NCBI GenBank assembly: GCA_964515405.1
Contig: CAZERD010000003.1
Coordinates: forward strand, 1-63,376
Source: an uncultured Desulfurellales bacterium
GTDB taxonomy: Bacteria; Campylobacterota_A; Desulfurellia; Desulfurellales; CAZERD01
Direction: 5' to 3'
Length of the DNA stretch: 63,376 nucleotides
Part shown: in pieces, positions 27,708 to 37,719 of the stretch
Numbering within the stretch: position 1 is the first letter of the stretch
Layout of the letters: each line of letters opens with the position of its first letter
Program-made: the position numbers and the translations under genes
The notes under the pieces: generated by a model
Told to the model about the DNA's origin: nothing
The model's database searches: none
What the model saw: the letters and a program-made list of their open reading frames with translations, nothing else

Positions 27708-28922
27708 TTAATTCTCCTTCTTCTCCTCAGATTTCTGTTTTGAAGACGACTTCGACTTAGGCTTACCGTTCTTAGCCAGTTCAGAAACCATCTTAGCAGC
27801 CTCTTTAAGATCAGCAGCTATATAAAAGTCCATGGGAGCCTTCTTCAATATCTCCATACCCTGCTCCTTATTGGCTCCGGTAAGCCTTATGACAACGGGT
27901 ATGTTAACCGTGACCCTCTTGAGAGCATCTATTATACCGTTTGCAACCTTATCGCACCTGACAATCCCCCCGAATATATTAATAAACATAGCTTTTACGT
28001 TGGGATCTCTTGTTATTATTTCAAAGGCTTTTGAAACTGTCTCGGGAGTCGCCTCGCCACCCACATCAAGGAAATTAGCAGGCATTCCACCGGCCAGTTT
28101 AATAATATCCATTGTAGCCATAGCAAGGCCTGCACCGTTAACCATACAACCTATATTGCCGTCCAGTTTTATAAAGTTTAAACCCGCAAAACGCGCCTCA
28201 AGTTCATCCGGATCATACTCTGTCAGATCCCTCATCTTGGATATGCTCTTCCTCCGAAACAGAGCATTGTCATCTATATCCATCTTAGCATCAACAGCAA
28301 GCAGGTGTCCTGTTCCAGTAACTACAAACGGGTTAGTCTCAACAAGTGAGCAGTCTTTGTCCATAAAAGCATTATACAACCCCTTAAAAAACTTCTCAGC
28401 CTCCTTGGCGATATCTGTAAGTTCAAGATCATAAACAAGCCGGCGAATTTGGTAAGGCAGAAATCCAACAGCAGGATCAATGGGGATCTTTATTATATCC
28501 TCTGGGTACTTCTCTGCAACTTCCTCTATGTCCATCCCTCCCCTTTTTGAGGCTATAACGGTCGGCCTTGAAGTTGTTCTATCAATTATGATTGACAAAT
28601 AGAGCTCCCTCTTTATATCCGCCGCTTTTTCCACAAGCACCTTCCTTATTTTAACACCTTCAGGACCTGTTTGCCTCGTAACCAACACCTTCCCAAACAG
28701 TTCTTGGGCAACCTCTCTTGCTTCAGAAGAGCTCCTAACAAGCTTTACACCTCCTGCCTTACCCCTACCTCCTGTAAGAACCTGAGCCTTGAGCACCACA
28801 GGGAAGCCAAGCTCCATGGCAACCATCCAAGCATCGTCTGGAAAATACGTAACCCTCGACTCAGGAACAGGAACTCCATATTCAGCTAAGATTTCCTTAG
28901 CTTGATACTCGTGCAATTTCAT
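27708..28922 (-). CDS. sucC: Succinyl-CoA synthetase beta subunit, with a Lys/Ser-rich C-terminal tail
   Basis: [12 protein letters not shown] start, ATP-grasp, and GGIVRCD. The extra tail is [21 protein letters not shown]. Confidence 0.95.
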   Translation of the reverse strand: MKLHEYQAKEILAEYGVPVPESRVTYFPDDAWMVAMELGFPVVLKAQVLTGGRGKAGGVKLVRSSSEAREVAQELFGKVLVTRQTGPEGVKIRKVLVEKAADIKRELYLSIIIDRTTSRPTVIASKRGGMDIEEVAEKYPEDIIKIPIDPAVGFLPYQIRRLVYDLELTDIAKEAEKFFKGLYNAFMDKDCSLVETNPFVVTGTGHLLAVDAKMDIDDNALFRRKSISKMRDLTEYDPDELEARFAGLNFIKLDGNIGCMVNGAGLAMATMDIIKLAGGMPANFLDVGGEATPETVSKAFEIITRDPNVKAMFINIFGGIVRCDKVANGIIDALKRVTVNIPVVIRLTGANKEQGMEILKKAPMDFYIAADLKEAAKMVSELAKNGKPKSKSSSKQKSEEKKEN

Positions 28923-28956
28923 AAAAACCTCCGTCCAAACCTTTTTCTAAAGGATT

Positions 28957-28985
28957 ATGATAATGCCACTTCACGTAAAAGTCAA
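28957..28985 (-). promoter_or_regulatory. Candidate sigma70 promoter for sucCD
   Basis: On the minus strand: TTGACT (28985-28980), a 17-nt spacer, TATCAT (28962-28957). GGAGG Shine-Dalgarno before ATG 28922. Confidence 0.5.
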
Positions 28986-29001
28986 GCTACACAGGAAAGA
29001 A

Positions 29002-29808
29002 TTAAGCCCTAATAAAAGCATAGGCATTGTGATTATGTATACTCTCAAAACTCTCAACTTCAACAGAGAAATTCTCAAGGCTGAGCGTTTTTTTCATACC
29101 CACAACAACATTTCTAGCGATATCTTCAACAAACATAGGGTTATCATAAGCTTTCTCTGTCACATATTTCTCATCGGGTCTCTTCAACAGAGCATATATA
29201 TCACAACTTGCAGAGGACTCAACAATGCCAACAACATCTTCTATCCACACCATCCTGCTATCCAACTTAACAGAGACAGTAACAAGACACCTTTGATTAT
29301 GTGCCCCTCTGTCGCTTATTTCACGGGAACATGGGCATAGACTCGTAACCGGAACCATAACACTCAACGTTACCTCTCTCCCTTCCAATCCACAAAGCGC
29401 ATCCACCTTACACTCATAGCTCATAATGGAAGGTATACCGGTAATAGGGGCATGCTTCTCTATAAAATAGGGAAACATCATCTCGATATATGCCTTCTCA
29501 GCCTGAAACTTATCTCTCATTTCGTCAAGCATGAGACCTATCTTTCTTATGTCTATACTTTCCCTATGTGCATTGAGCACCTCAATAAATCTACTCATAT
29601 GTGTACCCTTAAATCGGCTCGGCAACAGTACGTACATATTAATAACAGCAATGGTATGCTGGGTATTATGAGCCCTATCAAGAAGAACTATAGGATACTT
29701 TAACCCTTTAACCCCAACCTTATCTATTTCTATGTTCCTATAATCCCTCATGGACTGAACATCCTTGAGTTCTCCCATGCCGTGAAGTATAAAAAAACAG
29801 TTCGCCAT
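29002..29808 (-). CDS. folE2: GTP cyclohydrolase I type 2 (FolE2/MptA family)
   Basis: LKDVQ, KGTHMSRF, SLCPCS and ESIHNHNAYA motifs typical of FolE2. The true start may be Met11 (29778). Confidence 0.8.
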   Translation of the reverse strand: MANCFFILHGMGELKDVQSMRDYRNIEIDKVGVKGLKYPIVLLDRAHNTQHTIAVINMYVLLPSRFKGTHMSRFIEVLNAHRESIDIRKIGLMLDEMRDKFQAEKAYIEMMFPYFIEKHAPITGIPSIMSYECKVDALCGLEGREVTLSVMVPVTSLCPCSREISDRGAHNQRCLVTVSVKLDSRMVWIEDVVGIVESSASCDIYALLKRPDEKYVTEKAYDNPMFVEDIARNVVVGMKKTLSLENFSVEVESFESIHNHNAYAFIRA

Positions 29809-29848
29809 TTACAACCTACTTATATAGTTAGTTGAACAATAACTTCAG

Positions 29849-29876
29849 TTGAAAAAAGATAAACAATGCATATAAT
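29849..29876 (+). promoter_or_regulatory. Candidate sigma70 promoter for htpX
   Basis: TTGAAA at 29849-29854, a 16-nt spacer, TATAAT at 29871-29876. AGTTGAA direct repeat at about 29830 and 29847. Confidence 0.5.
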
Positions 29877-29914
29877 ATCACACGGAAAGTACAAAAGTAG
29901 AGGGAGAGGTATCT

Positions 29915-30763
29915 ATGAATGCAATAAAAACTGTCCTGCTTCTCGGAACACTAACTGCTCTCTTAATACTTATAGGAGGCATGATAGCTGGGAAGGGAGG
30001 TCTCATAGTAGCATTAATATTCGCCGGTATAATGAACTTCACAAGTTACTTCTTCTCAGACAAAATAGCGCTCTCAATGTACAGAGCACAGCCAGTAACA
30101 ATAGAAGAAGCACCTGAACTCTACGAAATAGTTGAATATCTCTCTCAGAAAGCTGGGATACCCACACCAAGGATATATATTATACCCCAAGAAGCACCAA
30201 ATGCGTTCGCTACCGGTAGAAATCCAGAAAACGCTGTAATTGCCGTAACGGAAGGTGCTCTGAGATTGCTCAGTGAAGAAGAGCTCATGGGCGTTCTCGG
30301 ACACGAGATAGGACATGTAAAACATAGAGATATACTCATCTCCTCAATTGCGGCCACTATTGCAGGTGCGATAATGGTACTTGCAAATATGATGCAATGG
30401 GCAGCCATATTCGGTGGATTTTCCAGGGATCAAGACTCACCAAACCCGCTTATTCTACTCGTGACAGCCCTTGTCGCTCCCATAGCAGCCACCCTAATTC
30501 AGCTCGCCATATCAAGGGCAAGGGAATACTCAGCTGACAGGGCAGGTGCAATATATTCCGGCAACCCCCTGTACCTGGCACACGCTCTTGAAAAACTTGA
30601 AGCCTACTCCCAGAGAATAAGATTACAGGGTTCACCCACAACAGAACATATGTTCATTATAAATCCATTCAAAGGGCAGAACCTGGCAACCTTGTTCTCA
30701 ACCCATCCCCCAACCGAAGAAAGAATAAAAAGACTTATACAAATGGCTAAAGAAGGCGCTTAA
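29915..30763 (+). CDS. htpX: Membrane zinc metalloprotease HtpX
   Basis: HEIGHVKHRD zinc motif, four TM segments, and a REYSADR segment. Confidence 0.9.
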   Translation: MNAIKTVLLLGTLTALLILIGGMIAGKGGLIVALIFAGIMNFTSYFFSDKIALSMYRAQPVTIEEAPELYEIVEYLSQKAGIPTPRIYIIPQEAPNAFATGRNPENAVIAVTEGALRLLSEEELMGVLGHEIGHVKHRDILISSIAATIAGAIMVLANMMQWAAIFGGFSRDQDSPNPLILLVTALVAPIAATLIQLAISRAREYSADRAGAIYSGNPLYLAHALEKLEAYSQRIRLQGSPTTEHMFIINPFKGQNLATLFSTHPPTEERIKRLIQMAKEGA

Positions 30764-31646
30764 TTTTACCAACAGCCCCTTGAGAAGGCACCCAGTGAGC
30801 CCAATCAAATCTGCTCCGGAAGTGTGTAACCTGTCTCTTAGCATATAAAATTGTATCCCTTGTTATCCTTTTCACCAACTCATCCATATCAATTTTGCCA
30901 AGCACGAAATCAATTGCCTCTTTATATCCTATGGACCCCATCGGCTTAGATGTGGCATACCCCATTTTTATCAACTCCTTCACTTCATCCACAAGTCCTT
31001 TCTCTATCATCTTAATAACCCTTTTCTCTATTCTACACCTCAATGTATCCATCTGTTCATTCACTACAAAAACGCTAAACCGCTCAACAGGAATACGCAC
31101 CTTCTTCTCAACGATACACTCTCCAATAGCCACGCCGGTGCTCAGATATACACCCAATCCTCTTTTTATCCTTTGAGAATCATGGGCATTTATCCGTGTA
31201 GCCCACACATTATCCACTACCTCGAGCCACTTATACATATCTCCCGCAGAAGTCTCCCTAATAGCATCTTCGAGATACAAAAACACCCTTTCATCCACCT
31301 TTGGCACATCATCAAGTCCAAAAACAAGAGAATCAACATAAAAACCACTACCACCCACAATAATCGCCCTCTTCCCACGGCTCTCTATGTCATCTATGCA
31401 TTTAAGACACAACCCAACGAACTCTCCACTCGAATAAGGCTCATCCGGATCCTTTATATCTATCAGATGGTGCCTCACCTTACTCAACTGCTCCGGCGTA
31501 GGTTTTGCTGTTCCTATATCCATATATCTATACACCTGAACGGAATCTGAAGATATAATCTCAGCATTCAGTTCACCTGCGAGTTCCACCGCAATTTCAG
31601 TCTTCCCAACAGCCGTAGGCCCAAGTAATACTATTACTCTATTCAT
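30747..31646 (-). CDS. miaA: tRNA dimethylallyltransferase
   Basis: P-loop LLGPTAVGKTEIA and SSDSVQVYRYMDIGTAKP. Confidence 0.9.
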   Translation of the reverse strand: MNRVIVLLGPTAVGKTEIAVELAGELNAEIISSDSVQVYRYMDIGTAKPTPEQLSKVRHHLIDIKDPDEPYSSGEFVGLCLKCIDDIESRGKRAIIVGGSGFYVDSLVFGLDDVPKVDERVFLYLEDAIRETSAGDMYKWLEVVDNVWATRINAHDSQRIKRGLGVYLSTGVAIGECIVEKKVRIPVERFSVFVVNEQMDTLRCRIEKRVIKMIEKGLVDEVKELIKMGYATSKPMGSIGYKEAIDFVLGKIDMDELVKRITRDTILYAKRQVTHFRSRFDWAHWVPSQGAVGKIKRLL

Positions 31647-31710
31647 GATAAATATTATACACTAAAGCAAACTATTTAACAAAAGTGCTTTTTAATATAT
31701 AATACCTTAC

Positions 31711-33531
31711 ATGAACAATCTAACGGAATCCCTCAAGGAGAACATAAAACCCTTGGGGCTTGTATTTGGCGATATAGGAACAAGTCCTATATATACCCTC
31801 ACAATACTATTCCTACTCATACACCCAACAAGAGAAACAGTGTTGGGCATGCTTTCGCTCGTCTTCTGGACTGTCACAACACTAGTTACCATGCAGTACG
31901 TGTGGTTGGCCATGAGCCTGGATAAAAAGGGGGAAGGTGGAACAATAGTGTTAAAGGAGATACTAACACCCCATTTAAAATCTCCAGGTATAATAGCTTT
32001 TATAAGCGTACTCACGTTTGTTGGCATATCATTCCTTATAGGAGATAGTGTCATAACTCCCGCCATAAGCATACTGAGTGCTGTGGAGGGTTCGGCATTA
32101 ATTCCAGGTCTTAAAAACATAACAACAACAGAAATCGTAATAGCCTCGCTTATAATAGCCATACTGCTGTTCAGCTTTCAGAAAAAAGGCACAGACAAGG
32201 TCGCCGGTGCCTTCGGCCCCATAATGCTGGTTTGGTTCCTATCCTTGGCCCTATTCGGCGCAATATACATCATAAAAGCACCCTTCGTGGTAAAAGCCAT
32301 CAGCCCTGGCTACTTGGTAGATCTTGCAACACACCATCCATGGGATGCATTTTTCGCACTTTCAAGCGCTATTCTCGCGGCTACGGGCGGAGAAGCCATA
32401 TACGCTGACATGGGACATGTGGGCAGAAAACCTATAAGAAATGCCTGGGCTTTTGTATCAACAGCACTTATGCTAAACTATTTTGGGCAGGGAGCATATG
32501 TCATAGAACATCTATCAAACAAGCACAATATACTATTTGAGATGGTACTCACTCAGGCCAAATTTTTCTATGTTCCCTTTCTCGTATTAAGCATAATAGC
32601 CACAGTTATAGCATCTCAAGCTGTTATAAGCGGGATGTTCTCAATAGTATATCAAGGCATTACAACACGAATAATGCCCCTCCTAAGGGTAGAATATACA
32701 TCCAAAAAAATGAGATCCCAAATCTATATCGGAGTCGTCAACTGGATGCTGTTCTTGGCAGTTGTATTAATAATGATAGGATTTAGAACCTCCGAGCACC
32801 TCGCCGCAGCGTATGGACTAGCTGTTACAATCACAATGAGTGCCACAAGCCTCATGATGGCAATAGTATTCTTCTACCTTAAAAGATACGTAAAGATGAC
32901 CATAGCCTTGCTTCTAATGCTCGTGGATCTGTGTTTTGTCTCCTCAAACATAGTATTCAAATTCCCAGATGGGGCTTATTGGGCTTTGTTTATAGGATTT
33001 ATGGTCCTATCAACCATTCTAATATATACCTCCGGCCAGAAAAAACTTTACAACTCCCTGAAGCCAATAAAGCTAAAAAATTTCCTCAATGCTTACAATA
33101 AAGCGTATTCCACGTCCACCAAGATAAATGGGACAGCAATGTTTTTCATAAGGAATTACAACTACATATCCCCCTACATATACAGAACACTCCTCGAACA
33201 GAAGATTATCTACAAAAACAACATATTTGTTTCTCTAAACATAACAGACGAACCCTATGACATAATAGGATCGTTCACAAAAGAACTTGCAGATGGACTC
33301 AAAGTGTTTGAGATAAAGATGGGATACATGGAAACACTCAACATAGAATCCGTCTTTCAGGAAGCAGGCATAAAAACAGATGTCATCTTCTACGGTATAG
33401 AGGACATCATGACAAACAACATTGTATGGAAGATTTTTGCTGTATTCAAAAGAATTACACCATCATTTGTGCAATTCTACAACCTCACACCGAGTAAGCT
33501 CCATGGTGTGATAACAAGGGTGAAGATGTGA
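31711..33531 (+). CDS. kup: KUP/HAK/KT potassium uptake protein
   Basis: FGDIGTSPIYTL signature, 12 TM segments plus a cytoplasmic C-terminal domain. 606 aa. Confidence 0.9.
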   Translation: MNNLTESLKENIKPLGLVFGDIGTSPIYTLTILFLLIHPTRETVLGMLSLVFWTVTTLVTMQYVWLAMSLDKKGEGGTIVLKEILTPHLKSPGIIAFISVLTFVGISFLIGDSVITPAISILSAVEGSALIPGLKNITTTEIVIASLIIAILLFSFQKKGTDKVAGAFGPIMLVWFLSLALFGAIYIIKAPFVVKAISPGYLVDLATHHPWDAFFALSSAILAATGGEAIYADMGHVGRKPIRNAWAFVSTALMLNYFGQGAYVIEHLSNKHNILFEMVLTQAKFFYVPFLVLSIIATVIASQAVISGMFSIVYQGITTRIMPLLRVEYTSKKMRSQIYIGVVNWMLFLAVVLIMIGFRTSEHLAAAYGLAVTITMSATSLMMAIVFFYLKRYVKMTIALLLMLVDLCFVSSNIVFKFPDGAYWALFIGFMVLSTILIYTSGQKKLYNSLKPIKLKNFLNAYNKAYSTSTKINGTAMFFIRNYNYISPYIYRTLLEQKIIYKNNIFVSLNITDEPYDIIGSFTKELADGLKVFEIKMGYMETLNIESVFQEAGIKTDVIFYGIEDIMTNNIVWKIFAVFKRITPSFVQFYNLTPSKLHGVITRVKM

Positions 33532-33537
33532 ACAAAA

Positions 33538-34908
33538 CTACACCAGAGGAATGCTAATACTGACACACAGACCAGGATTGTTTGGAGCAAATTTCAGTTC
33601 AGCCCTATGCAATTCAGCAACAGCCTTAACAAGACTCAAACCAAGTCCATTCCCCCCTGACCCCCTCGAGCCATCAAGCCTAACAAACTTTTGTGTTATC
33701 CTATCATAATGCTCAGGCTCAACACCACACCCATCATCACAAACACTAAGTTTAACCTTTTCATCACACTGCTTAGCAAATACACCAATCCTGCTCTGTG
33801 TATACTTCACTGCGTTATCCATCACATTGCCAAAGGCTTGGGCTATAAGTTGTTTATTTCCCATAACCTCAAGTCCCTCTTCTACATCTATTTCCACAAC
33901 AATACCGCTTTCCTCAGCTAGTGGCTGATAAAAATCCACAACATCGTGCACGATACTCGTTATGTCCACCATTTCCCAGTTCCCCCTAAGTACACCACTC
34001 TCAACTCTAGAAATACTCAACAGAGCATTCAGCATGCCTACAATCCTATCCACATCACTAACTACATCACTTAAGGATTCACACCCATCGTTTCCTCTCT
34101 GCAATAACCCCTCTACCCTATTCCTCATTCTGTTTATCGGGGTTTTAATATCATGAGCAATGCTATCCACCATCTCCTTGGACTGAACAACCAACCTTTC
34201 CAGCTCATCAAGCATAGAGTTTATAAGCTCACCTATGGAATCAAATTCATCATTCCTGGAACTTACAGGAATTCTTTTGGAAAGATCACCACTCACAATA
34301 CTGTTATACATACCCTTAATCCTATCTACATGGAAAAGCACATCCCTACCCAGTAAAATCCCCATTGTGAGCATTAAAACCACCACAGAGGCAAAAATAA
34401 CAGCCATTACAGCAAACAAGGTTTCTCTTAAATCCTCAAGCCTTCTTATTCCCTGAGCTATAAGAACTTTGTCTCCATTTTTTAGCCCTACAGCCACTAC
34501 CGGCCATAACCCGTCTCCATCAGGCACTTTTCCAATGATGTTCTTCTCCGATATCCATATGTTTCTCACAGGTCGCCCCGGCTTAATATCACCAGGCCAC
34601 CATCTCAAGTCTCCCGTCACCACCCTGCCACCTTTATCAACTAACAAATAATACCTATGGTCTTCTCCCCTGAACCGCTCATGAGCATCAATGTACTGTT
34701 CAACGCCGCTTACCCCATTTTTACTATACACGGAAACTATCTTATGAACTTCTCTTTCCAAACTCACCGAAACCTGTGCTTCAACGAAATCTGTTATGAA
34801 CCAATAAAGCACAAAAAAAGCTATGCCTAAAATTACAACATATATTAGAGAATATCTAAGAGAAAGCCTCACGGCGGTGGTATCAAGCAGTTTTATAAGC
34901 CTACCCAA
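33538..34908 (-). CDS. Sensor histidine kinase (2 TM, HAMP, HisKA, HATPase_c)
   Basis: H-box SIAHDIKTPIN and G-box GGNGLGLSLVKAV. Overlaps the upstream response regulator by 8 nt. Confidence 0.85.
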   Translation of the reverse strand: MGRLIKLLDTTAVRLSLRYSLIYVVILGIAFFVLYWFITDFVEAQVSVSLEREVHKIVSVYSKNGVSGVEQYIDAHERFRGEDHRYYLLVDKGGRVVTGDLRWWPGDIKPGRPVRNIWISEKNIIGKVPDGDGLWPVVAVGLKNGDKVLIAQGIRRLEDLRETLFAVMAVIFASVVVLMLTMGILLGRDVLFHVDRIKGMYNSIVSGDLSKRIPVSSRNDEFDSIGELINSMLDELERLVVQSKEMVDSIAHDIKTPINRMRNRVEGLLQRGNDGCESLSDVVSDVDRIVGMLNALLSISRVESGVLRGNWEMVDITSIVHDVVDFYQPLAEESGIVVEIDVEEGLEVMGNKQLIAQAFGNVMDNAVKYTQSRIGVFAKQCDEKVKLSVCDDGCGVEPEHYDRITQKFVRLDGSRGSGGNGLGLSLVKAVAELHRAELKFAPNNPGLCVSISIPLV

Positions 34909-35575
34909 TCTTGTACCCCAGACCTCTTACTGTCTTTATTAACTCCTTACCAAAACCTTTATCCACCTTAGCCCTCAATCTGCTTATATGAACATCTATA
35001 ACGTTGGTTTGAGGATCGAAATTGTAATCCCACACTGCCTCAATAACCATGGTCCGTGTAACTACTTGACCTGCATGTCTCATTAAATACTCAAGGAGCT
35101 TAAACTCTCTTGGTTTTAAATCAATCTGTTTTCCTCCTCTTGTAACCCTATACCTCCTCAAGTCCAGCTCCAAATCATCCACTACAAGTTTATCCTCAAC
35201 ACTTAAAGAAATAAATCTTCTACGGGCCAAAGCTTCAAGTCTGGCAATAAGCTCAGAAAAAGCATAAGGTTTCGGTAGATAATCGTCCGCACCAGCCCTC
35301 AAACCCGTTACCCTATCTTCTGTGTCACCCAGAGCACTAAGTACGAGCACAGGTATTGTCATCCCGGAGGCTCTAAGCTCTCTTATTACCTGTAACCCAT
35401 CCCCATCTGGAAGCATCCTATCCACCACCAGAACATCATATGAATGATTACCAGCCAAATATAAACACTCCTCCCCGTTCACAACGCTATCTACAACATG
35501 ATTCATCTCTCTGAGCCCTTTGACTATATACGCAGCAGCTTCAGCATCGTCCTCAACAAGCAAAATCTTCATCAC
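34901..35575 (-). CDS. OmpR/PhoB-family response regulator
   Basis: Receiver domain (ILLVEDD, VLVVDRMLPDGDG, DDYLPKPY) plus a winged-helix output (IKTVRGLGYKI). Confidence 0.9.
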   Translation of the reverse strand: MMKILLVEDDAEAAAYIVKGLREMNHVVDSVVNGEECLYLAGNHSYDVLVVDRMLPDGDGLQVIRELRASGMTIPVLVLSALGDTEDRVTGLRAGADDYLPKPYAFSELIARLEALARRRFISLSVEDKLVVDDLELDLRRYRVTRGGKQIDLKPREFKLLEYLMRHAGQVVTRTMVIEAVWDYNFDPQTNVIDVHISRLRAKVDKGFGKELIKTVRGLGYKIG

Positions 35576-35712
35576 ACAATTTTCATACAGCCAAGCTTCA
35601 CGTTTGTCAAATTACAAAATGTTAATGTTAAAGCAATGAACAGTTAACCCAAGGCATTTAATAATAATGATATTTTACCTCGCAACCGTGGTGGCAAGGA
35701 GAAAAGTAACAA

Positions 35713-36291
35713 ATGACGAACAATTTCAACACTGAGCTTTTCAAAAGAATTAATTCTTACACCAGTAAATATCCGGCATTGGATATCATAGCAATTTTCA
35801 TCGCCAAAGCCGGTGTTCTGGTGATACCTACATATCTAATATGGATTTTTTTGAAAGACAAAGGACGATACAGACAACAAGCCCTGTCAGGACTGTACTG
35901 CGGTACCCTGGGACTTTTACTCAACTACCTTACAAGCTTACTCTACTTTGTGCCAAGACCATCCACCGTACATGCAGGCATAACACTTATACATCACTCC
36001 AATGACGCCTCCTTTCCATCGGACCACGTAACACTGATATTATCTGTGGGTTTTTACTTTATGTACAACACGGAACTAAGATATCAAGGAGTGTTCATAA
36101 CCTTATTAGGAGTAGCCGTCGGACTAGCGAGGGTATTCTGTGGAATCCACTGGCCCATGGATGTAATGGGATCAATAGCAACATCTCTCATCGCGTGTGT
36201 CACTATAATATCAATCGAACCACTATTAAATAGGCTGAACAATTGCATTATTCACTTGATAGATAAAACCCTCAAAAAGCTACTCGACTAA
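35713..36291 (+). CDS. PAP2-family lipid phosphatase (BcrC / undecaprenyl-diphosphatase-like)
   Basis: PAP2 motifs VPRPS, FPSDHV and ARVFCGIHWPMDV. Multi-TM. Confidence 0.75.
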   Translation: MTNNFNTELFKRINSYTSKYPALDIIAIFIAKAGVLVIPTYLIWIFLKDKGRYRQQALSGLYCGTLGLLLNYLTSLLYFVPRPSTVHAGITLIHHSNDASFPSDHVTLILSVGFYFMYNTELRYQGVFITLLGVAVGLARVFCGIHWPMDVMGSIATSLIACVTIISIEPLLNRLNNCIIHLIDKTLKKLLD

Positions 36292-37025
36292 CGCCTGCAG
36301 AAAAACCCCACTATCTCCCCTAAGCACAACGCACCACTTGAAACGTCAAAATATCAGAACATCCACCCGTACACAACAAAGCTATAGAGAAGGAAAAACT
36401 ATACAAGAATCAAACACATTCACCAACATTACTTAGCCCATCGGACGTTCACACCGCATTGACAGAGTCGAGTAATATATACATAACACCAGACATAGGA
36501 CCACATAACTTCTATAACTTCCACCAAAAGATTATTTGCATTGGCAACGCTAAACCACTAAATGAAACAATCATATCAATATTTGGAGTCACACTGGCAA
36601 GAATACACGGATATGACTTATACGACAGTGAGTCCCTCAACTCAAACAAGATACATCCACCCCAAAATCTTATATCCCAAAGTCGCTAAGGAAACACAAC
36701 ATGCATAAACAAAAGGCTGAAATATGCAAAAAACAAAGATGTTTTTGGTGATATGGACATAGACAACACAACAAATATTCATAAAGTCAAAGTAACACAC
36801 AGGACAACCGTAAAGCTGGTATTGTTACGCTTATTCGTCTACTGTACTAGATTCCAAACAGCAATACCAAATAGAAGCAACCCGATCAGAAATAACCAAA
36901 CGTTCTATAAAAGAGTATTTAAAATCATCCCTGATTATAGCAGTTAGTATCTGCATATCAGATCATAAAATCAGTTAATCTCCATGTAATGGAAATTTAA
37001 CGTCCCCTCGCTAGAATAGTTTCCT
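36292..37025. other. Second ORF-free, G-depleted (A/C-rich on the + strand) non-coding tract
   Basis: Only two short unconvincing ORFs (36459-36689 and 36753-36947). Hand count of 36301-36420: A55 C35 G12 T18. Confidence 0.75.
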
Positions 37026-37625
37026 GTGAGCAGTTCAAACAAAGCCATGGAAATTTTAAACTTCATAAAGGAATTTATCATTCACCCCGTACTCATCAGC
37101 TCAATCACCCCTTCCTCGAAAAGACTTTCAAGCACCATGGTATCCATGGTAACCCATGGTAAGGAAGCTCGATACATATTTGAACTCGGTTGTGGTACAG
37201 GAGCTATTACAGAAGAAATAATAAAAACATTCGGAGAAGCCAAGATACTATGTATAGACATTAATCCAGCATTCACCAATTTAATCTCCGCAAAGTTCCC
37301 ATATGTTACATCCATAAATGACAAGGCAGAAAACATGGAGAAACACGCAAAAAAATACTCAATAGACGCGGTAGACATAGTATTCTCCTCGCTACCCTGG
37401 TCAGCATTTAACACAGAAACTCAGAAACACATACTAGAAGCGATATTTAGAATTCTTCGTCCAGGGGGTGAATTGTTAACATACAGCTACTTACACACAA
37501 AGATACTCTTTCCAAGCCACAAAAGATTCATAAAACTGGCCAACTCCATATTCGCATCTGTCACAACATCGTCAGTAGTCTGGAGAAATATACCGCCAGC
37601 TATAATAGTGAAGTGTAAAAAGTAA
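37026..37625 (+). CDS. Class I SAM-dependent methyltransferase (phospholipid N-methyltransferase-like)
   Basis: SAM motif I ELGCGTGAIT, then FSSLPW and LRPGGELLTYSY segments. GTG start at 37026, or ATG at 37047. Confidence 0.65.
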   Translation: MSSSNKAMEILNFIKEFIIHPVLISSITPSSKRLSSTMVSMVTHGKEARYIFELGCGTGAITEEIIKTFGEAKILCIDINPAFTNLISAKFPYVTSINDKAENMEKHAKKYSIDAVDIVFSSLPWSAFNTETQKHILEAIFRILRPGGELLTYSYLHTKILFPSHKRFIKLANSIFASVTTSSVVWRNIPPAIIVKCKK

Positions 37626-37663
37626 TTTAAATAACTAAAACACATTATACCAAACACATAAAT

Positions 37664-37692
37664 TTGACAGGCAAAACAAAAAAATGAATAAT
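37664..37692 (+). promoter_or_regulatory. Candidate sigma70 promoter for the FadH-like oxidoreductase gene
   Basis: TTGACA at 37664-37669, a 17-nt spacer, AATAAT at 37687-37692. Confidence 0.45.
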
Positions 37693-37719
37693 AAATGAAA
37701 AAATCATGGAGGTTTAAAC

